Source of the DNA: Armatimonadota bacterium
GTDB taxonomy: Bacteria > Armatimonadota > UBA10988
Length of the DNA: 48,321 bases
Assembly: GCA_016235455.1 (NCBI GenBank)
Contig: JACRKZ010000002.1
Coordinates: 1 to 48,321 of the forward strand
Direction of reading: 5' to 3'
Shown: positions 8,783-16,750 of the stretch, one piece after another
Layout of the letters: each line of letters opens with the position of its first letter
Position numbering within the stretch: position 1 is the first letter of the stretch
Notes under the pieces: generated by a model
Told to the model about the DNA's origin: nothing
Seen by the model: only the letters and a program-made list of their open reading frames with translations
The model's database searches: none
Position numbers and translations under genes: made by a program

Positions 8783-10576
8783 ATGTCACACCCCGCCCTA
8801 CTCCATCGCCTTCTCGGCCGTGACCTGAACAGCCTGCTGTGGCGCGCGCTGCTGCTGTGCGCGGTGCTTGAGTTCGTGCTGCCCGGTACGCGTGAGATGG
8901 CCAGCGTCGTCCTCAATCCGCAGCGCACCGTGCACCTGGTGACCCAGCAGGACAGCGATGCCGGCGAGCTCGACCGTGTCGCCGCGCGGCTCAACCAGGC
9001 CTGGGCCTGGGTCGCCGTGGCCGAGCGCGCCGCCGAGGAGAAGCGCGCCGCCTACTACGAGCGCGCCGTGGCGCTGGCGCCCGACGACGAGGTCGTGCTG
9101 GTCCGCCGAGCCGTGGGCCTGTCCTTCTCCACGCGGCGCAACGCGGCGGGCAACGCCATACCCGCGGCCACCGGCATCTCGGTCGCGTCCAGCCCCTTGG
9201 CGCCAGCCGCGGCCGAAGCCGCGCGCCTCGCGCCCGACAACGCCGTCGGCTGGTACCTGCTGGCCGCGTCCAAGGTCCGTGCCGGCGACCGCGACGCCGC
9301 GCTGAGCGCGTTGCGGCGTGGCAATCGCGCGCCGCGTTGCGACGACCACACCCGCGAAGCCTTGTCCTATGCGGCGCGTCTGGCCCAGGCCCGCGGCGTG
9401 GCGTCGTTCGAGAGCTGGCTGACCTGCATGGCCGCCAGCGTCTTCCCACACCTCGCCGCCTACCGTGAAGTGGCCCGCGAACTGGTCAATGGTGGGGCCA
9501 CGCTGCCCCAGCGCCTTGAGGTGGCAGCCATGGGCGCGCGGTTGCGCGACGGGTCGGCCTCGCTCATCTCGACGCTGGTCGGCATCGCAGTCGAACAGAT
9601 CGCCTTCGCCGGGCCGACCGACCCGAAAGCCAAGACGCCGCCGAATCAGACCAAGGAGCAGCAGGCCGCGCACCGCCGCGAGCAGACGCTGGCCTTCGCC
9701 AAGCTGCTGCGCGACTCCGGCCAGAGCACCGCGGCCACCTGGGTCGAAGGCGAGCTCAAGCGCAACGAGGCGGCGCGCGCGTCGATGGCCCAAGCCGCCC
9801 ACCTGACCGTCCTGCAACGCGAACTCGACCCGCATCTGGCCGCCTATGGCGCGTGGGCGCTGTGGATGGCGATGGCCGTGCTGGCGGCGTTTGTACTGCT
9901 GCTCTGGGCCGCCGGCTGCCGCCGCCCACGGAGCGGGGACGGCATGGCCTGGCGCGCGCGCGACCTGATCACCGTGTGGTGCGCCACCGTGGTGCCGTTC
10001 GTGTTGCTTGCCGGCGCGCTGGCGCAGGCCGCGGCCACGCAGTCGTTCGCCCACCTGTTCGCCGCCGCGCCGGCCGATGTGCGCTCGGCGCACACGCTGC
10101 TGACCTCGCTGTTGGCCACGGTGCCGCTGCCGCTGTTCTGCAGCCTCGGGCTGCTGCGCGTGGTCACTCGGGCCTACCAGCGCCGCCACCTCGACGCCAC
10201 CAGCCTGGACTGCGCCAGCTTCGCCCGCGCCTCGACGCGCGCGCTGCTGGTGCCCACCGCGGGACTGTTGCTGCTGCTGGCCTGGGCCGCGCAAGGACCG
10301 TGCGTCACGCACCGCCACGCCGTGGCCAACCAGTTGGCGACCTACGGCTTCAACGAGACCAGCGGCATGTCGACGCGCGCGCTGCTGGTGCCCACCGCGG
10401 GACTGTTGCTGCTGCTGGCCTGGGCCGCGCAAGGACCGTGCGTCACGCACCGCCACGCCGTGGCCAACCAGTTGGCGACCTACGGCTTCAACGAGACCAG
10501 CGGCATGGTCCAGGCCATGGATGCAGCAGCGCCGGCGCGGCCACTGCCGACACTCGAGGCCGAGCGCGCGCGCTGA
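8783..10576 (+). CDS. Uncharacterised polytopic membrane protein with TPR-like soluble domain, paralogue 1 of 4
   Basis: N-terminal TM, then PDNAVGWYLLAA, RRGNRAPR and AAMGARLRDG, several C-terminal hydrophobic segments and an MDAAAPARPLP tail. Contains a 46-aa duplication. Confidence 0.75.
   Translation: MSHPALLHRLLGRDLNSLLWRALLLCAVLEFVLPGTREMASVVLNPQRTVHLVTQQDSDAGELDRVAARLNQAWAWVAVAERAAEEKRAAYYERAVALAPDDEVVLVRRAVGLSFSTRRNAAGNAIPAATGISVASSPLAPAAAEAARLAPDNAVGWYLLAASKVRAGDRDAALSALRRGNRAPRCDDHTREALSYAARLAQARGVASFESWLTCMAASVFPHLAAYREVARELVNGGATLPQRLEVAAMGARLRDGSASLISTLVGIAVEQIAFAGPTDPKAKTPPNQTKEQQAAHRREQTLAFAKLLRDSGQSTAATWVEGELKRNEAARASMAQAAHLTVLQRELDPHLAAYGAWALWMAMAVLAAFVLLLWAAGCRRPRSGDGMAWRARDLITVWCATVVPFVLLAGALAQAAATQSFAHLFAAAPADVRSAHTLLTSLLATVPLPLFCSLGLLRVVTRAYQRRHLDATSLDCASFARASTRALLVPTAGLLLLLAWAAQGPCVTHRHAVANQLATYGFNETSGMSTRALLVPTAGLLLLLAWAAQGPCVTHRHAVANQLATYGFNETSGMVQAMDAAAPARPLPTLEAERAR
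10232..10507 (+). repeat. Exact tandem duplication, 2 x 138 bp (in frame, 46 aa)
   Basis: 10232-10369 is identical to 10370-10507 (STRALLVPTAG...NETSGM twice). Confidence 0.95.
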
Positions 10577-10587
10577 GGGGGACGGTC

Positions 10588-12150
10588 ATGGCCGCAACTC
10601 GTGACCTTGGCCGCGCGGCGCACCGCCTGCTGTGGGCGCTGCTGCTGCTGGCGGCGGTGCTGCAAGTGGCTCTGCCTGAGCTGCGCGAGGTCAGCGGCCT
10701 GTGGCTCGGGCGACCGTGGCCAAGCCCAGCCGCCCTCGCGGTGGGCGAGGCCGGGCGTCGCCTGGGCCGGCCGCCGGCGGAGCCACGCGATGCCGCGGCG
10801 GCCATGGCGGCGGCAATTCGCGCGAGCTACCAGACCCGCACCGCCGCGGACGCGTGGTCCGGGCTGCGGGCCGCCCAAGCGCGCATGCCCGGCGACGAGC
10901 CGCTGCTCATCCGCTCCGCGCTCCGCCTGCGCGCCTTCCCCCTTGAAGATCGGCCCGCCAGCGAAGCACGCGCCATCCGCGAGGCCGCCACGGCAGCCAC
11001 CCTCGGCGCGCCGGCCAACGCGGTCGGCTGGTACCTGTTGGCCGCCTGCGAGGTCGACGACGGCCATCGCGCCGCGGCCCTGGCCGCCGTGGCCCGCGGC
11101 AACCGCTGCCCGCGCGCCGACGAATACGACCGCGAGCTGATACAGGCCAACGCCCGCCACCGACGCAGCACCGGCGACAGTGAGATGGGCTGCTGGATGT
11201 CGGCGGTCAACGGCCATCTGTTCGGCCAACTGTCGACCTACCGGCGGTTGGCGCGCTCCCTGCGCGAGTCCGCCACGCCGGCCGAGCGCTTTGAGATCGC
11301 GGCCATGGGCGCGCGCCTGCGCGATGGCGCGACACAGTCGATACCCGCGCTGGTGGGCGTGGCCGTGGAGGCCATCGCGTTGGCCGACTACCAGACCCGC
11401 CAAACGAGCCAGAAGGACATGACACGCATGCAGCGCGCCGATCTGCTCTGCGCCGGTGCGCGGCGGCTGGCCGACGCCCTGCGGGCCGCCGGGCGGCAGG
11501 CCCAGGCCGACTGGCTGACCGGCGAAGCGCGCCGCTTCAGGGCCGCCAAGTCCGGGCCCGCCAGCTCGCTGCCGGAGGCCGTGGAGCATGTGCCGGTCTA
11601 CGCCGGCACGGCCTCGTGGGTGCAGGCCATGCTGCGCGGCGCGCTGATCCTGCTGGCCGCCTGCGTGGCGCTGGCGCTGAGCCGGCGCGAGCGGCCGTCA
11701 GCGGGGGCCGCCGCTCGCGCGCGGCGGGCGGTGCCGTTGCTGCTGACGCTGGCCTACGTGGCATCGACCAGCGTCGGATGCGTGGCCGTTGGGACCTGCT
11801 ACATGGGCGACCCGGACCGACTCCGCGGGGTCGGCGATGCGCTGTGGTGGCTGGGCTGGGCGCCGTTGGTGGTCGGCTTGCTGGCCGCGCGCCTGGTCGG
11901 CCAGGCGGCAGCTCGGCAGTCGGGGCTGAGCGATCCGCGCCGCACACGCGCGCTGATCCGCGGCTGCGCCCTGTCGCTGCTGCTGCCCACCGCCGGGCTC
12001 TGGCTGCTGCTGGCCTGGGCCGGTCAGGCGCCGGTCGTCGGGCAGCGCCAGGCCATCATCGCGTCGCTGCGACAGGCGGCTCACGACGAGCTTGGCCCGA
12101 TGCGCGCCGCCATGGACGCCGCAGCGCCGGCGCGGCCACTGCCCAGGTAG
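10588..12150 (+). CDS. Uncharacterised membrane protein, paralogue 2 of 4
   Basis: LWALLLLAAVLQVALPELRE, PANAVGWYLLAA, ARGNRCPR, AAMGARLRDG, LLPTAGLWLLLAWAGQ and MDAAAPARPLP. Confidence 0.75.
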   Translation: MAATRDLGRAAHRLLWALLLLAAVLQVALPELREVSGLWLGRPWPSPAALAVGEAGRRLGRPPAEPRDAAAAMAAAIRASYQTRTAADAWSGLRAAQARMPGDEPLLIRSALRLRAFPLEDRPASEARAIREAATAATLGAPANAVGWYLLAACEVDDGHRAAALAAVARGNRCPRADEYDRELIQANARHRRSTGDSEMGCWMSAVNGHLFGQLSTYRRLARSLRESATPAERFEIAAMGARLRDGATQSIPALVGVAVEAIALADYQTRQTSQKDMTRMQRADLLCAGARRLADALRAAGRQAQADWLTGEARRFRAAKSGPASSLPEAVEHVPVYAGTASWVQAMLRGALILLAACVALALSRRERPSAGAAARARRAVPLLLTLAYVASTSVGCVAVGTCYMGDPDRLRGVGDALWWLGWAPLVVGLLAARLVGQAAARQSGLSDPRRTRALIRGCALSLLLPTAGLWLLLAWAGQAPVVGQRQAIIASLRQAAHDELGPMRAAMDAAAPARPLPR

Positions 12151-12211
12151 GGAACGTCCGCCCCACGGTGAACGCTCTGGTTGTCAGGCGTACCCTACGG
12201 GGGGTGCTCTC

Positions 12212-13699
12212 ATGGCCAAGCGACTCTGGTACCTGGTGCTGGTCGCGGCGGTGCTGCAAGTGGCGGTGCCGGCGCTGCGGGAGCGTATCGGTTTCTGGTT
12301 GAGCCCGCCTTGGCCGCACCGTCTGCTGGACCCGGAGCTTAGGCCAGGCACCCGGCTGTGGCGCGCGCGCAGTGAGCCGCGCGACCCACTGGCGCTGCTG
12401 GCCACCGCCGAACGGGCCAGCGGCGAGTCGCTCGAGGGCGACCAGCAGGCCTTCGACCGCGCCTTGGCTCAAGCGCCCGGCAACGAACTCCTGGTCATTC
12501 GACGCGCGGTCCATCTGCAAGCCTGGTATCGGTCGGACACGCACGAGCAGACGCTCCCGGCGCGCCGCCAAGCCGCGCTGGCCGCCACCCGCCAGGCATC
12601 CGACAACGCCGTGGGCTGGTACCTGCTGGCGGCGGCCGAGGCCGAAGCCGGCGAGCGTCAGGCGGCTCGGGCGCATGTGGTCCGCGGCAACCATGCGCTG
12701 CGCCTCGACGACGGCTCGCGCCAGGCAGTTGCCGCGGTTCAGCGGCATCTCGAGTGCGCTGGCTACCGACGCCTCAACGCCCTGTCGGTGGCCACGAACG
12801 TCTCTACCATGCCCCCACTGGCGCGAGTGCGCGAGCTGGTGCGCGACCTGGCAGGGCCTGGCTCGACGCCGACGGAGCGCTGCCAACTCGCGGCCATGAG
12901 CGCGCGCTGGCGCGACGAGTCACCGCAGATCGTGCCCACGCTGGCCGGCTTCGCGGTGTGCGCCATCGCCTACCGCGACCCGGCCGTGCTGGGGCCGCGC
13001 AACACCAAGTCCTCCGACGCGGCCTACCTGGCGCGCCTGGCCCGCGACGCGCAGCGACTGGAAGACCAGCTCTCCGCCGAGGGCCATCGCGAGCTGGCGC
13101 TTTGGCTGCACGACAGCGCGGCGCGCACCGTCGCCGGGCGCACCCGGTCGCTGCGCCGCGAGGCCTCGGCAGCGGCCAAGGCGGGCCAACGCCACCTCTC
13201 CGCCTACATCCTCGCGACGACAGCCACGCTCGCGCTCGGACTGGCGGCGCTGCTAACCTTGTCGCTCGCGCACTGTTGTCCGCGCGGAGCAAGACCTGCG
13301 CCACGCGGCGCCTGGCTGGCGGTGCCGGTCGGTTTGGCCGTGATGGCGCTGCTGCTGTGGAGCATCAGCCGGGGCTACTTTGCCTACGCCGAAGAGAGCA
13401 ACAGAGCCAGGTACGCGCTGCTCTGCGCGATGCTCCTGACTGGCGTGGCTCCGGCTGCGGTGGTCGGGCTCTGGGCACCCCCGCGCCGCTGCGGCGAGGC
13501 GACCCGTGCGCTGCTTATCACGATGGCCGCGATCCTGCTGCTCTGCTCCTGGGGCGTTCAGGCACCGGCCATCAGGCACGAGACCAAGACCATTGCGTGG
13601 CTCGAATCCATCGCCACCGGCTCCGACGCGGACCTGCTGCGCCAGTCCATGGACGCCGCCGCGCCGGCGCGGCTGCTGCCGACCGAGGCCCGACCATGA
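12212..13699 (+). CDS. Uncharacterised membrane protein, paralogue 3 of 4
   Basis: LWYLVLVAAVLQVAVPALRE, SDNAVGWYLLAA, VRGN, AAMSARWRD and MDAAAPARLLP. Confidence 0.75.
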   Translation: MAKRLWYLVLVAAVLQVAVPALRERIGFWLSPPWPHRLLDPELRPGTRLWRARSEPRDPLALLATAERASGESLEGDQQAFDRALAQAPGNELLVIRRAVHLQAWYRSDTHEQTLPARRQAALAATRQASDNAVGWYLLAAAEAEAGERQAARAHVVRGNHALRLDDGSRQAVAAVQRHLECAGYRRLNALSVATNVSTMPPLARVRELVRDLAGPGSTPTERCQLAAMSARWRDESPQIVPTLAGFAVCAIAYRDPAVLGPRNTKSSDAAYLARLARDAQRLEDQLSAEGHRELALWLHDSAARTVAGRTRSLRREASAAAKAGQRHLSAYILATTATLALGLAALLTLSLAHCCPRGARPAPRGAWLAVPVGLAVMALLLWSISRGYFAYAEESNRARYALLCAMLLTGVAPAAVVGLWAPPRRCGEATRALLITMAAILLLCSWGVQAPAIRHETKTIAWLESIATGSDADLLRQSMDAAAPARLLPTEARP

Positions 13700-15135
13700 C
13701 CACCCGACGACTCTGGCAGCTTGTGCTGATCGCGGCGTTGCTGCAGGTGGCGGTGCCGGCGCTGCGCGAGCTGGTGCCGTTGTGGCTGCGTGCGCCCTTC
13801 AGCTCACGTAGCGTTGGCATGGAAGGCCGGTGCTGGCCACGCCCGCCGCCACCGACCGGCGAGCTGGGCGCACTGGCCCGGGTCGACTACAGCTTGCCCG
13901 CCGACCCGCCGCGCATCTGGCAGGCTTTCGAGACCGCGCTCGCTCGGGCGCCCGGCAGTGAGGCGTTGCTCATCGAGCGGGCGCGGCGCATACCGCTCAC
14001 CCAAGCTGCCTGGGCACGACGCGCGGCGCTCGCCGTGACAGACGCTTTCCCGGACAACGCGGCGGGCTGGTACCTGCTGGCCGCCGCCGACCTCGCCGCG
14101 GGCGACCCCGACCTCGCCGCGGGCGACCGCGCCGCCACGTTCGCGGCAGTGCGTCGCGGCAATCGCGCGCCGCGCTACGAGGGCCACGTTGCACTGGCCA
14201 TGCAGGCCCGCATGGCCAGGCTGATGAGCACCGGCCTGCCCGAATTCGAGAGCCGGCTGCGGGGCGGGATCGTGGACGACACCACGGGCCTGCGCTGCGG
14301 GGACCTGGCCAAGCAGCTCTCCGCGGCGCGCTTGACGTCGCTCGAACGGCTGGAGTTGGTGGCCATGGGCGCCCGCTTGCGCGACGGCGGCGAGAGCATC
14401 GATAGCTCGTTCTCCGGCTGGCTGCTCCAGGCGCGCCTCTACAACGAGGGCCGCGGCTCGGGCACACCCGAAGCCAGGCGCCGGTCGGCGAACTGCTTGG
14501 CGGCCAACCTGCGCAGAGAGCAGCACGCCGACCTGGCGGCCTGGGTCGAGGCGGATATCGAGCGACACGTGGCTTACCCCAAGCGGGCTGGCGAGCCTCG
14601 GTCAGTAGGTCCGATCGACGCGTTGACCCGCTGCTGCACCGTCTACTACCTGCTGGCGTGGTGGATCCTGCCGCTCCGTTTCGCGGCCTGGGTGGTGCTC
14701 GTCGGCTGCCTGGTGGGCGCTCTGACCGGCTGGCTGCCCGCCGGAGACGAGTGCCGTGTGCCACGCTTCGCCGCCTGGGTGGTGGTTGGCTACGGCGCGT
14801 GCACCGCGCTCGCGCTGGCGGCGTTCTGCCTGCGTGCCCCGAGCCCGGTCTGGCCGAGCCACGGTCTCCAGTGGCTCCTGCTGGGCAGCGCGCCGTTGCC
14901 ACTGGTCGCCGGGTTGCTGTGCGCGCGCCGGACGCACCAGCCCGCGCGGACCGGGCTCGTGACGATCGCCGCGCTGCTCGTGCTCGCGGGCTGGACCGCT
15001 CAGCTACCAGCGGCCGCCGCGCGACGGGCCGCCACGCGCTATGCCATCCTGGTGCCGCAAGATGACCTGGCGGAGCGACAGCGCGCCATGGACGCCGCCG
15101 CGCCGTGCCGCCTCCTGCCTGCCAACCCGCGCTGA
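13696..15135 (+). CDS. Uncharacterised membrane protein, paralogue 4 of 4
   Basis: ATGA-coupled to paralogue 3. LWQLVLIAALLQVAVPALRE, PDNAAGWYLLAA, RRGNRAPR, VAMGARLRDG and MDAAAPCRLLP. Confidence 0.75.
   Translation: MTTRRLWQLVLIAALLQVAVPALRELVPLWLRAPFSSRSVGMEGRCWPRPPPPTGELGALARVDYSLPADPPRIWQAFETALARAPGSEALLIERARRIPLTQAAWARRAALAVTDAFPDNAAGWYLLAAADLAAGDPDLAAGDRAATFAAVRRGNRAPRYEGHVALAMQARMARLMSTGLPEFESRLRGGIVDDTTGLRCGDLAKQLSAARLTSLERLELVAMGARLRDGGESIDSSFSGWLLQARLYNEGRGSGTPEARRRSANCLAANLRREQHADLAAWVEADIERHVAYPKRAGEPRSVGPIDALTRCCTVYYLLAWWILPLRFAAWVVLVGCLVGALTGWLPAGDECRVPRFAAWVVVGYGACTALALAAFCLRAPSPVWPSHGLQWLLLGSAPLPLVAGLLCARRTHQPARTGLVTIAALLVLAGWTAQLPAAAARRAATRYAILVPQDDLAERQRAMDAAAPCRLLPANPR
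14087..14128 (+). repeat. Exact 21-bp tandem duplication (DLAAGDP/DLAAGDR)
   Basis: ccgacctcgccgcgggcgacc occurs twice, in frame; the other three paralogues have a single unit here. Confidence 0.85.
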
Positions 15136-15259
15136 GGAACTCAACCCCGGCGCAACACGATGTGGCTACAGTGAGTAGAGCCGGGACATAGCGGCGGAGC
15201 GCCGCGCCGGCGTCGGCCGAACCGCGCGGGCTGCGCCTCGGCCGGAGAGGGGAACCGCG

Positions 15260-15604
15260 ATGCGGACCGCTCGCTGGAGCTTGCGCGTGGTGCTGTTGGC
15301 GGTGCTGGCGGGACTGGCGGTCAGGGCCGTGCCCCGGGACTTGCGCGTCGGCCTGCGTGAGGCCATTCGGCAACCGGCGGAAGCCACGCTACGGGTCGAC
15401 CATGTGGCTTGCACGCCGCTCTCCGGCGCGCGCGCTGGGCGTGGTGGCCAGCAATGGTTGGTCACGTCGGGCGACCGCAGCTTCGTCACCATGGATGGGC
15501 AGGTGGGCGCTGCGCTGCAAGCGGGGCATACCTACGTGCTCCGCTTTCACGGCAACGAGCGGTCGGAGCAGTGCCGCCTGCTGGCGGTGGTCAGCGAGCG
15601 CTAG
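15260..15604 (+). CDS. Small hypothetical exported or membrane-anchored protein
   Basis: GGAGAGGGG RBS and an N-terminal hydrophobic segment. Beta-rich remainder (LQAGHTYVLRF). Confidence 0.6.
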   Translation: MRTARWSLRVVLLAVLAGLAVRAVPRDLRVGLREAIRQPAEATLRVDHVACTPLSGARAGRGGQQWLVTSGDRSFVTMDGQVGAALQAGHTYVLRFHGNERSEQCRLLAVVSER

Positions 15605-16575
15605 TCGCGGCGCAGGCCGTACTTGCGCGCGGCTTCGAGCGCCTTCTCGTGTTGCGGGTCGGCGCGCAGCGCGCCGTCGAGCGCCCAGGCCACGCGGTCG
15701 CGCTGGCCCAGCTTGCCATAGACGCGCGCCAGGTTGTACCACACCGACGCCTCGCGGCCGTCCAGTTCCGTGGCGCGGCGCAAGCAGTGCTCGGCGCGAT
15801 CCAGCCGCTGCACGGCGGCGAAAGCCACGCCCAGGCTGGCCAGGAGCCGCGGGTCGTCCGGCGTACGGTCGTAGAGGCCCACCAGCCAAGTCAAGGCATC
15901 GGTGTGATCGCCCAGCTTGAGCGCCTGCCGCGCCCGCCGCCACAACTCGTCCGGGTCAAGCATCTCGGGCGAGGTGCTCACGGTCAGGTCGGGCAACTCC
16001 GGCTCGGCCGGCTCGCGGCTCTCGGGCACGGTCTCGGCGTCGGGCAGCATGACCTCGAACAGCGGCGTGATGCCCTGGATGCCGGCCAACTGCACCTCAC
16101 CCACGTAGCGCGTGCGGTTGCTGAATTCGGGATGGCCGGCCAGGGCTTCCACCACATCGGTGGAGACCAGCACCTGCCCGCCGTTGGCGGCGTCGCAGAT
16201 GCGCGCGGCCAGGCTGACCGCGGCGCCGCGGTAGTCGTCGTGGTGGCGGCGTGCCAGGCCCCAGTTGATGCCCACCCGCGCGCGAATGGGCGGCAGGCCG
16301 CGCGGCCACTCGTGGCCGCGGATGCGGGCCATGAGTTCGGCGCCAAATCGCACGGCGTCGAGCGGCACGGGAAAGGTCAGGAAGAACCCGTCACCGGTGT
16401 GCTTGACCTCGCTGCCGTCGTTGTGCCCGAGGCACTCGCGGACAATCGCGTCATGCTCCACCAAGGCCCAGGAGAAGGCATCCTCGTCCGCCTGCCAGAG
16501 CTGTGTCGAGCCCTCCACATCCGTGAAGACATAAGCCATCCACCCTGACTGGCTGTGCTGGGGCTTCGACGTCAC
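15601..16575 (-). CDS. Class III adenylate/guanylate cyclase domain + TPR protein
   Basis: FTDVEGST, EVKHTGDGF, RVGINWG and DYRGAAVSLAARI. C-terminal TPRs (LASLGVAF, VWYNLARVY). GAGGAGG before the GTG start. Confidence 0.88.
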   Translation of the reverse strand: MTSKPQHSQSGWMAYVFTDVEGSTQLWQADEDAFSWALVEHDAIVRECLGHNDGSEVKHTGDGFFLTFPVPLDAVRFGAELMARIRGHEWPRGLPPIRARVGINWGLARRHHDDYRGAAVSLAARICDAANGGQVLVSTDVVEALAGHPEFSNRTRYVGEVQLAGIQGITPLFEVMLPDAETVPESREPAEPELPDLTVSTSPEMLDPDELWRRARQALKLGDHTDALTWLVGLYDRTPDDPRLLASLGVAFAAVQRLDRAEHCLRRATELDGREASVWYNLARVYGKLGQRDRVAWALDGALRADPQHEKALEAARKYGLRRD

Positions 16576-16595
16576 CGATCCTGTCCTCCTCGCGC

Positions 16596-16625
16596 AGTCT
16601 ACGCCTGCCCCCCGAGTGCCGTCAA
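16596..16625 (-). promoter_or_regulatory. Sigma70-type promoter for the cyclase gene
   Basis: Minus strand TTGACG-N18-TAGACT. Confidence 0.55.
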
Positions 16626-16652
16626 GGCTCCCGCGCGACGCGGCCCGCGCGA

Positions 16653-16681
16653 TTGACAGCCCTCGCCGAGCGGCATAGAAT
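16653..16681 (+). promoter_or_regulatory. Sigma70-type promoter for hisS
   Basis: TTGACA-N17-TAGAAT, near consensus. Confidence 0.75.
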
Positions 16682-16750
16682 GCCGCTTCCCAAGCGGTTT
16701 ACCAGGCGGCCAGGCAACCGATCCGGATAGTCGCAAAGCGAGACGATATC

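Noticed and set aside
9853-13695. Long N-terminal extensions of ORF-track calls (9853, 12092, 12754; likewise 646, 5566, 8501, 28648, 42656)
   Set aside because: They overlap neighbouring genes in other frames. Paralogue alignment, RBS position and stop/start coupling support the shorter starts used here.
8783-15135. Repeated DNA blocks suggesting a CRISPR array, DGR or shufflon
   Set aside because: The repeats are about 1.5 kb apart, degenerate at third codon positions and encode protein motifs. No cas, reverse transcriptase or recombinase gene is in the window.
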